DNA from: Pecten maximus
Taxonomy: Eukaryota
Direction of reading: 5' to 3'
Length of the DNA: 64,000 nucleotides
Assembly: GCF_902652985.1 (NCBI RefSeq)
Contig: NC_047029.1
Span: 3,844,001-3,908,000 of the forward strand
The translations under genes and the position numbers were made by a program. The notes beneath the pieces were generated by a model that saw only the letters and a program-made list of their open reading frames with translations, had not been told where the DNA came from and made no database searches. Of this stretch, positions 35,301-47,700 are shown piece after piece; within the stretch, counting starts at the first letter, position 1; every line of letters starts with the position of its first letter.

Positions 35301-36898
35301 TTTGCCAAAGTTTGGAGCCTGCAATATGTTCATGTTGATGTGTTGTTCCATATTTAAAGCATTACCCTGTACAGTATACAAAAAATGTACATGTCTCTTG
35401 GATCTGTCAATGTCGGTCATTTTCGATTAATGTTAAAAATACATAATTATGTAGATCAAGTATAATATAGAGTACAAACACCTGTATTGTGAGCATATAT
35501 GCTGGCATTTAAACATGTACCTGGGGTATATATGTTTATACATATGACATGTATAGGGTAATTTATATAAGTACATATTCAATAGCAAAGGATATTTTCA
35601 TGTCAAATAAAATCTCACCTGGTCATGTGAAAATCCTCGCAATTTTTGAAGACAATTAATTGAAATATATAGTACAAACACAACATTTTAAAGCTTTTAA
35701 TTCCCTGTTCTGTGAAAAAGAAAACATTAACTGTTCAAATACATCATGGTTGATTAATTTACTAATAAACATTGAATATGTTTGTTTGAGTAATGCAATT
35801 GATCTAAAATTCAAATCAAGACTGTAACATCATAAAAAAAATTATCAATTATCATGATCAGTAATTAATATAATCATTATATTAACTAAGACAACATGAA
35901 TGTTGTAGAAAAACCCAACAGCCATCCGTCAGCCAGAGGAAGAGCGGCCGCCAGAGTTACACACGATGGACACTCAGGTTTTCCAAGACCGTGGGGGTCT
36001 TATCTCCCCATACCTCACCAATACCTGTAGTGACTCTGGTGACACCATATACACCAAGGAAAGTGACATCAGACTGTGGGCTAGAGGTAAGGACCAAGGT
36101 GTAATGGGACTGATTGTCCACTCCAGTTGTTGTTCATGAACTCTGTGAAGGACGCCGTTATTTTGTCAGAGATAAAAAGTGCCCATTCTTATTTTCTCTA
36201 CCTGTGATATAGGTTATTATGGTGTTTTTGACTCTTCAGAATTCGTTTTGACTCTTTGTGTTTGCAATAATGTTCTCTTTGACATTTGAAATTTCTGATT
36301 TGATTTTCAAAATTACTAAAACTCAAACATCAACTGAAAACTGTGGTTGTTGTGTTGCTTTTGTTAGGACTTGCTTTCAACTTTTGTTGTTTACCTGTAT
36401 ACAGTAATTATCCTCATATTAGTCCCTTCCCCTTGTGTATTAAAGTTTGGGGAGACCATATATCTAACTACAGTGTATTTTAAAATCAATGATTCTGCAA
36501 AGATGAACAAGGATTCTTATTTGTGGGTGGAGGCTAATTTACAAATAAGTATGGTAATGTCTGTTGTATGTTGTTAATTTGCTTACCTGTATATATACCT
36601 TAGGTATATCATCTGCTCTCTTGCAGCCCCAGGGAGAGATGGACTTATGGGCACTGTCCAGCGACTTTACCCGACCAAATACCAGCACTGCCACCAGGTC
36701 GAGGACGTCACCAAGCCGTGTTTGTGTACATATAGCCTCACTGTGGGCTGGTATCCGTGTGGTCTGAAATACTGTCGTGGAAAGGATTCCACTGGCAAAT
36801 ATGTCAGCTACCGATGTGGTATTAAAACCTGCAAACGACATCTGTCCTTTGACTTTGTATCTAAGCAGAAAATGTTTTGTATGTGGGATGAGACCTGA
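32367..36898 (+). CDS. OAF: Out at first protein homolog (secreted), 4 coding exons
   Basis: Exons 32367-32573, 34422-34562, 35909-36086 (alternative in-phase donor at 36098), 36627-36898. Signal peptide, then QLVVNVKNRGGDVVIETIQAN...LEFQNTDGT...QIFRAHVLWEEEQG...[34 protein letters not shown]...PCLCTYSLTVGWYPCGLKYCRGKD...YRCGIKTCKR...CMWDET*, which are hallmark OAF motifs. Confidence 0.95.
33026..33196. repeat. Foldback palindrome (~80-bp arms)
   Basis: AATGTTTCATTATAGACGAGTAAATTATTG…GCCTTA-spacer-TAAGGC…CTATAATGAAACATT. Confidence 0.9.
33206..33410. repeat. 82-bp tandem duplication plus a partial third copy
   Basis: CAGTGTAGTCACTTTAAACATCACACTC… at 33206 and 33288. Confidence 0.85.
33527..33879. 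mobile_element. TA-flanked MITE
   Basis: TA|CCGTATTTGACCTAATAAGGG…CCCTTATTAGGTCAAATACGG|TA. Confidence 0.88.
34029..34272. mobile_element. MITE of the same family as 2859-3100, inverted
   Basis: TIR GGCCCAGTTGTTCAAAAGGTGATTAG…CTAATCACCTTTTGAACAACTGG; the interior resembles the reverse complement of copy 1. Confidence 0.85.
34857..34928 (+). tRNA. tRNA-Thr(AGT)-like cassette in the 5' LTR (pseudo-tRNA)
   Basis: A box TAGCTCAATCGG, D stem GCTC/GAGC, anticodon arm TCTGG-CTAGTGT-TCGGA, T arm CCGGG-TTCGAAC-CCCGG, imperfect acceptor stem, T5 run downstream. Part of a transposon rather than a bona fide tRNA gene. Confidence 0.5.
35113..35184 (+). tRNA. tRNA-Thr(AGT)-like cassette in the 3' LTR (pseudo-tRNA)
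   Basis: Same cloverleaf, with anticodon stem TCCGG/TCGGA. Confidence 0.5.
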
Positions 36899-37299
36899 TT
36901 CTTGTGTGGTTAAATGATGGGCTATTAAATGTCATATAGACTGGGCCAGGTGAAGTCACTCACAAACTTTATAACTGTTACAAATGACTCACCAACACAA
37001 TGGTGTTCATCATGTTGCACACAAGTATGTAGATACTGCTGCATATATGCAAGTAGAGGGTGTGTAACAGTGTATACTGTATTGATGTATGTTATGTAGG
37101 ATTATAACAGGGACCATCAATACATACAAGTTAGTCCAGTGTCATCCGACTAAACGTCATACAGGGAAGGCTTTATCACATTAAGTTATACAAATATAAA
37201 TCACAGGTGCTCTTAGACTAGTCTTGTATGGTTGTAACTATATATACACCTCACAGTCTTTTTAAAAAAGACACGTGTGTGTAGGCCTTTGTGTATCAG

Positions 37300-38560
37300 G
37301 ATATGAGCACACAATGTGTGTAAGCTTTGGGTGTTAGATGAGTGTACAAAATGTGTAAACATATGTTTCTCTGGATGAGTGCAAATATTGGTGTCTCTGG
37401 ATGAGTGCAAACATTGGTCTCTGGATGAGTGTACACAATATGTAAACGTTAGTGTCTCTTGATGAGTGTACACAAAGTGTAAAAATTGGTGTGTCTGGAT
37501 GAGTATACACAAAGTGTAAACGTTAGTGTCTCTGGATGAGTGTACACAATGTGTAAATGTTGGTGTCTCTGGATGAGTGTACACAATGTGTAAATGTTGG
37601 TGTCTCTGGATGAGTGTACACAATGTGTAAATGTTGGTGTCTGGATGAGTGTACACAATGTGTAAATGTTGGTGTCTCTGGATGAATGTACACAATGTGT
37701 AAACGTTAGTGTCTCTGGATGAGCGTACACAATTTGTAAACACTGGTGTCTGGATGAGTGTACACAATATGTAAATATTAGTGTCTGGGTCAGTGTACAC
37801 AGTGTGTAGACGTTGGTGTCTGGGTCAGTGTACACAATGTGTAAACATTGGTGTCTCTGGATGAGTGTACACAATATGTAAACATTGGTGTCTGGATGAC
37901 CGTACACAATGTGTAAATGTTAGTGTCTGGATGAGTGTACACAATGTGTAAATGTTAGTGTCTGGATGAGTGTACACAATGTGTAAACGTTGGTGTCTGG
38001 ATGAGTGTACACAATGTGTAAACATTGGTGTCTGGATGAGTGTACACAATATGTAAACATTGGTGTCTGGGTCAGTGTACACAGTGTGTAAACATTGGTG
38101 TCTCTGGATGACCGTACGCAATGTGTAAACGTTGGTGTCTGGATGAGTGTACACAATGTGTAAACATTGGTGTCTGGATGAGTGTACACAATGTGTAAAC
38201 GTTGGTGTCTGGATGAGTGTACACAATGTGTAAACATTGGTGTCTGGATGACCGTACACAATGTGTAAATGTTAGTGTCTGGGTCTGTGTACACAATGTG
38301 TAAACATTGGTGTCTGGGTCAGTGTACACAATGTGTAAACATTGGTGTCTCTGGATGAGTGTACACAATGTGTTAACATTAGTGTCTGGATGAGTGTACA
38401 CAATGTGTAAACGTTGGTGTCTGGATGAGTGTACACAATGTGTAAACGTTGGTGTCTGAATGAGTGTACACAAAGTGTAAACATTGGTGTCTGGATGAGT
38501 GTACACTGTGTAATAGAGTGTATTATAAGAGTGTATACAACACGTGTGTGTATGAGTGTA
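37300..38560. repeat. 35/37-bp minisatellite downstream of the OAF stop codon (probable 3' UTR)
   Basis: Unit GATGAGTGTACACAATGTGTAAACATTGGTGTCT(CT)G. Confidence 0.95.
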
Positions 38561-40161
38561 TAAAATATGAACCATGTACTTTTTTATCAGAGAGTCAGGT
38601 ATGATAATTAGATATCATTTCTACAGTGCTTTCATTAGTGAGTATAACTTTATATTGTGTTGTTTATAATATCGGGATCTTCAGAATCCATTTTTACACG
38701 TGTTGTGTTATATGCTATTGTTTAAAGCTTTAACTGTACTATGTACTAAATTTACGATTTTATCAAATTTTATCCAAGTAACACATGTATATTATCAAAA
38801 GAATCATCAAAACTGATTATGCTGTTTATAACTGTGTCTAGCAGTCTCTCCTGTACATGTGCTGTAGCTAATATGTTGCTGCCCGAGGATAGCTAGTGCA
38901 GTCTATAAATCTACAGAATGATGTCAATGTATTCTGTACATTGTCATTTTAATGTTTTAGTTTTGTTACATTATAATTATAGAACTTTATATCATGATAT
39001 CTCGATTATATGCATGAATAAAATTTTGAACAAAATTCTGATTTAAATTTTCACTTCCCAAACTGGCTGAAATTCTAGAATTATTTCGGCTACCATGTAC
39101 AGCAATGTGTATACCCCTGACAAGTAGCTGTTTCCTACTGACAGACCAAATAGAGGCAGCACGGAAAACTACCCATTACTCCTATGTATTGTGATCATGA
39201 TGGCTCCTGATCATGGATAGCTTATATATATGGCTGTGCGATGATGTGTAATGTCTATGTACCAAAGATAAGCTACACCGAGCATGGTCAGCTCTTGATG
39301 GATGACTGCTTCTTTGTACCCGTTACTGTACATTATCACAACAAATACTATACATTTAAATCACATTTATCTCATTCATAGATATTCCATTAAACGGCTC
39401 TGATCTAGAACTAATGTTCATGACCAAATTTCAAGATCACAAGAGTCAAACAGATCATGGTTATTCATTTAACAGACTTTGTAAGACTCTTATATCTAAA
39501 CATACTGGTGGCCCAATTTCATTTCCCTAGACCACGTGGTTATTGATCATTAGAATCAAATTTAAATATTTTAATACATTTGACTCCTATGACCATAAAA
39601 GTAGGTGAAGGTCGTTCCTTTGAACATTCAAAGCCTTTCATCCCAATATGCTACTGTCCCGCGCATAATCATTAACCTTAACATTTTAGCTGCAGAGAAA
39701 ATGCTGTTTAAATGGAAAAGTTGACATCAGATTTCAGGAAGATAGATGCTGTACCATGGCATAGCAAAAGCTGTCGTAGAACAGCATGCTAAAGGTCCAA
39801 TATCAGGCCTCTTCCTTAATGAGAAGTTGTTATTTAAAGATTTCAGCATAATTGACTGTTGTGACCTTGAATGAAGGTCAAGGTCATTAATTTCACCCCA
39901 GCATGCTATATGCACAATATCAGGTATCTTGGTTATTGAGAAGATGAAATGTAAATTGTTTACAAACGGTTGGACAAAAGGCAATTTGAATAGTACTATT
40001 ATAAAGTGATGTGTTAATGCCATTCAACATTTGCATCAAAAACTGAAATTTTATATTTGCTTAAAATCAAAATTATATGTCAAGAAGCAGGATTTTTTCT
40101 AGCTGGGACAGGATAGTATAACCCAACAGGGATTCTTATGTCAAATATCAGTACCCTAGTA

Positions 40162-42545
40162 TAATGTTTCACTCCACAGTCGGGAGAGTAGGTAATGTTT
40201 TAACTCCACAGTCAGGAGAGTAGACAATGTTTTAACTCCACAGTCGGGAGAGTAGACAATGTTTTAACTCCACAGTCAGGAGAGTAGACAATGTTTTAAC
40301 TCCACAGTCGGGAGATCTAGAGTAGGTAATGTTTTAACACCACAGTCGGGAGAGTAGACAATGTTTTAACTCCACAATCAGGAGAGTAGGCAATGTTTTA
40401 ACTCCACAGTCGGGAGAGTAGGCAATGTTTTAACTCCACAGTCGGGAGAGTAGGCAATGTTTTAACTCCACAGTCGGGAGAGTAGACAATGTTTTAACTC
40501 CACAGTCGGGAGAGTAGGCAATGTTTTAACTCAGCAGTCGGGAGAGTAGGCAATGTTTTAACTCCACAGTCAGGAGAGTAGACAATGTTTTAACTCCACA
40601 GTCAGGAGAGTAGACAATGTTTTAACTCCACAGTCGGGAGAGTAGACAATGTTTTAGTTCCACAGTCGGGAGAGTAGACAATGTTTTAACTCCACAGTCG
40701 GGAGAGTAGACAATGTTTTAACACCACAGTCGGGAGAGTAGGCAATGTTTTAACTCCACAGTCCGGAGAGTAGACAATGTTTTAACTCCACAGTCGGGAG
40801 AGTAGACAATGTTTTAACTCCACAGTCGGGAGAGTAGACAATGTTTTAACTCCACAGTCAGGAGAGTAGGCAATGTTTTAACTCCACAGTCGGGAGATCT
40901 AGAGTAGATAATGTTTTAACACCACAGTCGGGAGAGTAGATAATGTTTTAACACCACAGTCGGGAGAGTAGACAATGTTTTAACTCCACAATCAGGAGAG
41001 TAGACAATGTTTTAACACCACAGTCGGGAGAGTAGACAATGTTTTAACTCCACAGTCGGGAGAGTAGACAATGTTTTAACTCCACAGTCAGGAGAGTAGA
41101 CAATGTTTTAACACCACAGTCGGGAGAGTAGACAATGTTTTAACACCACAGTCGGGAGAGTAGGCAATGTTTTAACTCCACAGTCGGGAGAGTAGACAAT
41201 GTTTTAACTCAGCAGTCGGGAGATCTAGAGTAGGTAATGTTTTAACACCACAGTCGGGAGAGTAGACAATGTTTTAACACCACAGTTGGGAGAGTAGGTA
41301 ATGTTTTAACTCCACAGTCAGGAGAGTAGACAATGTTTTAACTCAGCAGTCGGGAGATCTAGAGTAGATAATGTTTTAACACCACAGTCGGGAGAGTAGA
41401 CAATGTTTTAACACCACGGTCGGGAGAGTAGGCAATGTTTTAACACCACAGTCGGGAGAGTAGGCAATGTTTTAACACCACGGTCAGGAGAGTAGACAAT
41501 GTTTTAACTCCACAGTCGGGAGATCTAGAGTAGATAATGTTTTAACACCACAGTCGGGAGAGTAGACAATGTTTTAACACCACAGTCGGGAGAGTAGACA
41601 ATGTTTTAACTCCACAGTCGGGAGAGTAGGCAATGTTTTATCTCAGCAGCCAGGGGAGTAGGTAATGTTTTAACTGGGCAGTCGGGAGAGTAGGCAATGT
41701 TTTAACTCCACAGTCGGGAGAGTAGGCAATGTTTTAACTCCACAGTCGGGAGAGTAGGCAATGTTTTAACTCCACAGTCGGGAGAGTAGGCAATGTTTTA
41801 ACTCCACAGTCGGGAGAGTAGACAATGTTTTAACTCCACAGTCGGGAGAGTAGACAATGTTTTAACTCAGCAGTCGGGAGAGTAGACAATGTTTTAACTC
41901 CACAGTCGGGAGAGTAGGCAATGTTTTAACTCCACAGTCAGGAGAGTAGGCAATGTTTTAACTCCACAGTCGGGAGAGTAGACAATGTTTTAACTCCACA
42001 GTCGGGAGAGTAGACAATGTTTTAACTCCACAGTCAGGAAAGTAGGCAATGTTTTAACTCCACAGTCGGGAGAGTAGACAATGTTTTAACTCCACAGTCG
42101 GGAGATCTAGAGTAGGTAATGTTTTAACACCACAGTCGGGAGAGTAGACAATGTTTTAACTCCACAATCAGGAGAGTAGACAATGTTTTAACTCCACAGT
42201 CGGGAGAGTAGACAATGTTTTAACTCCACAGTCGGGAGATCTAGAGTAGGTAATGTTTTAACACCACAGTCGGGAGAGTAGACAATGTTTTAACTCCACA
42301 ATCAGGAGAGTAGACAATGTTTTAACTCCACAGTCGGGAGAGTAGGTAATGTTTTAACACCACAGCCAGGGGAGTAGGTAATGTTTTAACACCACAGTCG
42401 GGAGAGTAGACAATGTTTTAGTTCCACAGTCGGGAGAGTAGGCAATGTTTTAACTCAGCAATCAGGAGAGTAGGCAATGTTTTAACTCAGCAATCAGGAG
42501 AGTAGACAATGTTTTAACTCCACGGTCGGGACAGTAGGCAATGTC
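40162..42545. repeat. 32-bp satellite with interspersed longer TCTAG-insertion variants, between the OAF and CCDC47 3' ends
   Basis: Unit CTCCACAGTCGGGAGAGTAGACAATGTTTTAA. Confidence 0.97.
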
Positions 42546-43312
42546 GTCCCCAAAGTCCCATAATGCTGATGCTTCAGAGATCAATAATCAAACTCCACAA
42601 ATTGACCACAATAAATCCAGTAATGACATGTTTTATTACCTCAAATAGACATTTCTAATGCCACAAAACTGTAGTGATTCAGATAATATAAAGTTGAACA
42701 CACTTTTTAAAAACATTTACTGAGCTGGCTAGATAGAAACATAAGAAAATACTAGTACAGACTAGAACAGCATAATTAATTATTACACCCCAAAAATCTG
42801 ATGGAGAATGTCCTTGAAATATTCTAGTTTTCTGGTACATGTGACACAATATGAATAAATTATTTTTCTATTTTATAAACATCATTATCATCAATATGTT
42901 GTCTCATTCATCGACAGACAAATTAAGTAACAAATCACATGTGTATCCAATCAGCCCAGCCAGTAATAGGTATATCTACCCAACACAAACTGTTCTCATT
43001 CAAGTGTAAAGCAAATAATATAAGGTATTTTTGTAAATCATGTGCAGTGTTACCATGGTAACTAAATACTGTTAATCTGGTGCCACCAGGACTGCATACA
43101 AGTACATTGTATTTGGAACTTTTGAGATATCAAAGTTTATGATATTATCTTGAAACTATTGAAATACATGTTAAGTAAAGCTACGACATTAAAATTATTT
43201 GCATATTGAATGTATATCCTCGCATAATTATAATTTCAGATGACAATTTCTGAGAGTATTTGAAACACGCAGTAACTTTATCGATATCTGATAAATTATA
43301 GTCTATAATTAT

Positions 43313-43364
43313 ACAAGAGGCCCAGAGGGCCTGTATCGCTCACCTGGACCAGGTGAGCTAATAA
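43313..43364 (-). mobile_element. Minimal 52-bp HINE-like element (two subTIRs plus terminal hairpin)
   Basis: AGGCCC-AGA-GGGCCT hairpin, then GCTCACCTGG-A-CCAGGTGAGC, then TAATAA. The same terminus occurs at 22661 and, inverted, at about 1275-1311. Confidence 0.65.
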
Positions 43365-44734
43365 GGCATGGTTCAACAATTCAATCCTCGGTTAAACTGT
43401 ATCAGATGTCCTACAAACTTACCCGGTAAGATTTTATTAATTTCTAATCCTGATTATTATTATTATATGTAAAGTATATGACATAAATATATACAGTTTT
43501 AATATTACAGTTTTTAAATAAAAAGATTTTTTTATATCAAAATCTCGTAAACATTTTATGCAAATTTGACTTTACAAAAGACAGCACACCAACCACTCAT
43601 TCACAACATCAAACTGAAACAAAACACATTTTTGCCAACTCAAATGATTGGTATAACTTATATGGGAGTTATGGAAAACATATCTAATCTTAAATTACAG
43701 CAAACATACCAGCATAGATTTAAATGTGAAACCGAATACAAGGTCTTCTTTTGCACAGAAACAACCTGATATAAATTTATTAGTTTTATAATTGCACTGA
43801 AAAACTGGAAATTTTTGCTGGTACATGCTGTACTTGCATGACTGCAAAATATCAAACTGTGAAACATGGATTGGTATTTTATTACTCCAATGAGAACCCC
43901 CGCTAGATTGTTATGTTAAGGTACATATATATGAGGAAGGGAAATGTGATATTTGTTCATCCAGTGTTGGTACAGTTAGGACATGTACGTGTGGGATGGG
44001 TTTCTTATGCTGTGCAGACATGGCTGAATCATAATTAAATTACCTGGACAATCTGACTATTGGTAAATATACCACAAAAAAATACCTCAAAAAACTAAAT
44101 CAGTTATGGAAGCAAGATGCAAAAATTTACATCAATTCTGTGAAAATTAAGAAGTTCATCAAAATGTCATGTGATATATAGAGTGGCTTTGTATCTAACA
44201 TTGATCTGTATGAAAACATAAGAGTAAATTATTTCCTGCATAAAGTTGTCTCCCTTGTAAAGACAATGTGATCTGTATAAAGGAAGGTGGGATGAGGTGT
44301 ACTATATAACAAGCGGTCTATTGGATCTACATGATCTCCTGGAAATACAATGATGTGGAATGATTTGACAAAAGTAATAAAGGGTGTATTTTCTACCACC
44401 AAAAATGTGGCATTTAAAATACTCGTAATCCTGCTTTGCAGAAATTTATATATTGGTTGAAATTTTGGCTTTGAAACATCATCATAAAGAAAGTTTCTGG
44501 GAAGATGAAATCAAAGGATTGGATGAAAACCTATAATACCAAACCACATTTAAGGAATATTGGCTCTAACAAATAATTATTACCGACTTCTATTCATAGT
44601 TTATAAATCTTAAGAATTAATGGATTGCAACAAAAATTGGTGTATCATCCTTACACACAACACTTTCAACTGGACAGGTTTTTTCCATATTTCTTCCAAC
44701 TTGTTACATCAACATCCCGATAACACATCCAAAA

Positions 44735-47700
44735 TCAGATCTGAAACAGAGAGTCTGATTAGTAACACAGAATTCATATTAGCAATCAATATTATGACTA
44801 TACTAATATTATTGAACTAAAATTTAACTAATTAGATTAGATTATAAAAGAGAATATCAAAATTGAAAAAAAAAAAAAAAAAATTAATGCAAGAAACCAT
44901 ACCTTCATCATTTTCATTTTTGGTTGTTTCCTCTTCATTTCTCTCCGACTTTCTCTCTCCTAAAACAAAAAACACAGTTTAATATTAATCAGAAGTATCT
45001 GCATTAAGAAGCATTGCTGAGCTTGACTACAGGTACTAAATTACATTAAATGTATTTCAAACATTCTATGAAATTCTAATAACTGGAACCCTGACTATGA
45101 CCTACATACACACAATCCTGACTATGACCTACATACACACAACAGACTGACCTACATACACACAACCCTGACTGACCTACATACACACAACCCTGACTAT
45201 GACCTACATACACACAACCCTGACTATGACCTACATACACACAACAGACTGACCTACATACACACAACCCTGACTGACCTACATACACACAACCCTGACT
45301 GTGACCTACATACACAACCCTGACTGACCTACATACACACAACCCTGACTATGACCTACATACACAGCCCTGACCGTGACCTACATACACAACCCTGACT
45401 ATGACCTACACACACACAGCCCTGACCGTAACCTACATACACAACCCTGACTATGACCTACACACACACAGCCCTGACTGTGACCTACATACACACAACC
45501 CTGACTATGACCTACATACACACAACCCTGACTATGACCTACATACACACAAACCTGACTGACCTACATACGCACAACCCTGACTATGACCTACATACAC
45601 ACAACCCTGACTATGACCTACATACACACAAACCTGACTGACCTACATACGCACAACCCTGACTATGACCTACATACACACAACCCTGGCTATGACCTAC
45701 ATACACACAACCCTGACTATGACCTACATACACACAAACCTGACTATGACCTACATACACACAATCCTGACTATGACCTACATACACACAACCCTGACTA
45801 TGACCTACATACACACAACCCTGACCTACATACACACAACCCTGACCTTGACCTACAAATGTATTTGATCCTTTCCTACCTCCCACTTCCTCGTTTTATC
45901 AGGATCCTCTTCATTCATCATTCGTTCTTTTTCTTGTCGTCGTTTCTCCTCACGGCGAAGTTGTGCTGCCTCCTGAAGCTGAGAATGAGCCGCCTTCAGG
46001 AATTGTTCTTCTGCCTTCTTCCTATTCTTTTCTGACTTGTTTCTTGCCTGAAAAGTATAAAAGCCATTGTAAGTAAGGTCTACATCACTTATCTATAGAA
46101 CAATAATTAACCTACCATTTGGTTCTTTTTTTAATCTCAAACAAGTTATAAATATTCTCTTTGTTTTATATATCAATTTAAGAACTGCATCAATACTTTT
46201 TTGTCACACCATTCCATATCAGTTTGAATTCACCAAGACATTTCTATATATAAATCAGGAGGATTACATGACGAGAAACTTACGACGGGCGCTGTGTTAC
46301 CTCTAAACTCTCATGTCAGATTCACACTGTGCAGGCTTTCAAATTTTTAAAGTTTGGATTTTTATCGTATTAAACAGCTGAATTACATTTAAATGTTTAA
46401 CCCTGTCATGTTACTACCTCTTGTTCATGAATCCATCATTAAATCCACATAAATAGGAACCAAAGACACAAAATCATAATTATTTACATTTCCAGGCTTC
46501 ATTCCAGTAACAACTGGGATAGAAAATGGCGGTCCAGTACATACATAAATAGAATGTAAAGCAAAACCAAACAAAAAGCTAGTTTTTTATATTTGTTCTG
46601 CTTGGTTCACACATTCCGTATTTTAAACAACCAATGCTGCTATGTTCAAACAGGTTACTTGAAGTGGTGGAATGATGTAGCATAAAGTGTTCTGTGGCAA
46701 AATATTAACTTGGTGTGAGTTAGTGATTGGAGTGTTTTAATGGGATATAAAATACCTTAAACTGTAAGTAAACCGTTGTCATCAAGTTTAGAGTTATAAA
46801 TACTGATATTATTGTATCTTACTTTCCGCCCTGAAATCTTGGCAGAACAAGGGTTTGGTTGCTAAAGGTCGGTTGAATCAGAACAAAAATATAGCCAGAG
46901 ACCCTTAGCTAGCTGAAGTAAGGTGAACCTTCAGAGGATCCAAGCCTAAGAGGGGAGATAACTCTCATGAATTATCAACTGATCTTCAAGCCAATATATA
47001 GCTTATATGAGTACAGGCCCGAAGAGTAAATTACTTTCATTGCATGAGATTTGTCAAACATATATTTCCTTTTCTGGGAAATTTGAGTGTGTTGTTAGGA
47101 TAAGTTTGAACATTTACGTCACTGATATCGCTACCATACCTCCTTTCCTAACTGCAGGCGACTGACTTTCTCCAGACAGTAAAAGACTAGCTGTAGTAAG
47201 GGTTTCATATGCTCCATATCTGCAGGCTTACTTTTACCTTTGCCTGGTACTGAATTGTAAAACATAATTATGTATCATACATTATGCTTGAATTCTTTAA
47301 AGTCAATTGTGTAATGTATGAACAAGTGGTCCATGAAAGATCAATAATCGTTTTACCTTACATAATACAACTAGATCAGACGTTCTAAAGCCTTTCAAGT
47401 ATTAAAACATATTATCTAACTATTATCACCAGATCTAGTATCAGAAAAACTCACCAGTAAACAATAGCTACAAAATATTTTCTTCAATCACTTCATCACT
47501 CTAGAAAGCTTGAATACAATGATTTTTATTTATAATTTCATTTTGAGAATATCTGACATATTCATTATTTAACATCTTGCACTACATGCATCCAGAAAAT
47601 TAACTCTTGTTATATCAATATTAATAGGAACTTTTGAAAAAGTGTGTTGACCAAGAAGATGAAAATATCAAAGTTTTAAATAAAGGAGCCTCACCATTAA

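Noticed and set aside
37213-38575. Cys/His/Thr-rich ORFs resembling zinc fingers
   Set aside because: Translations of the 35/37-bp minisatellite in shifting frames.
15122-42545. Regular arrays as possible CRISPR loci
   Set aside because: Head-to-tail monomers without unique spacers, no cas genes, and a eukaryotic context.
45076-46035. Repetitive ORFs ([18 protein letters not shown])
   Set aside because: Minisatellite translations plus the antisense of a CCDC47 exon.
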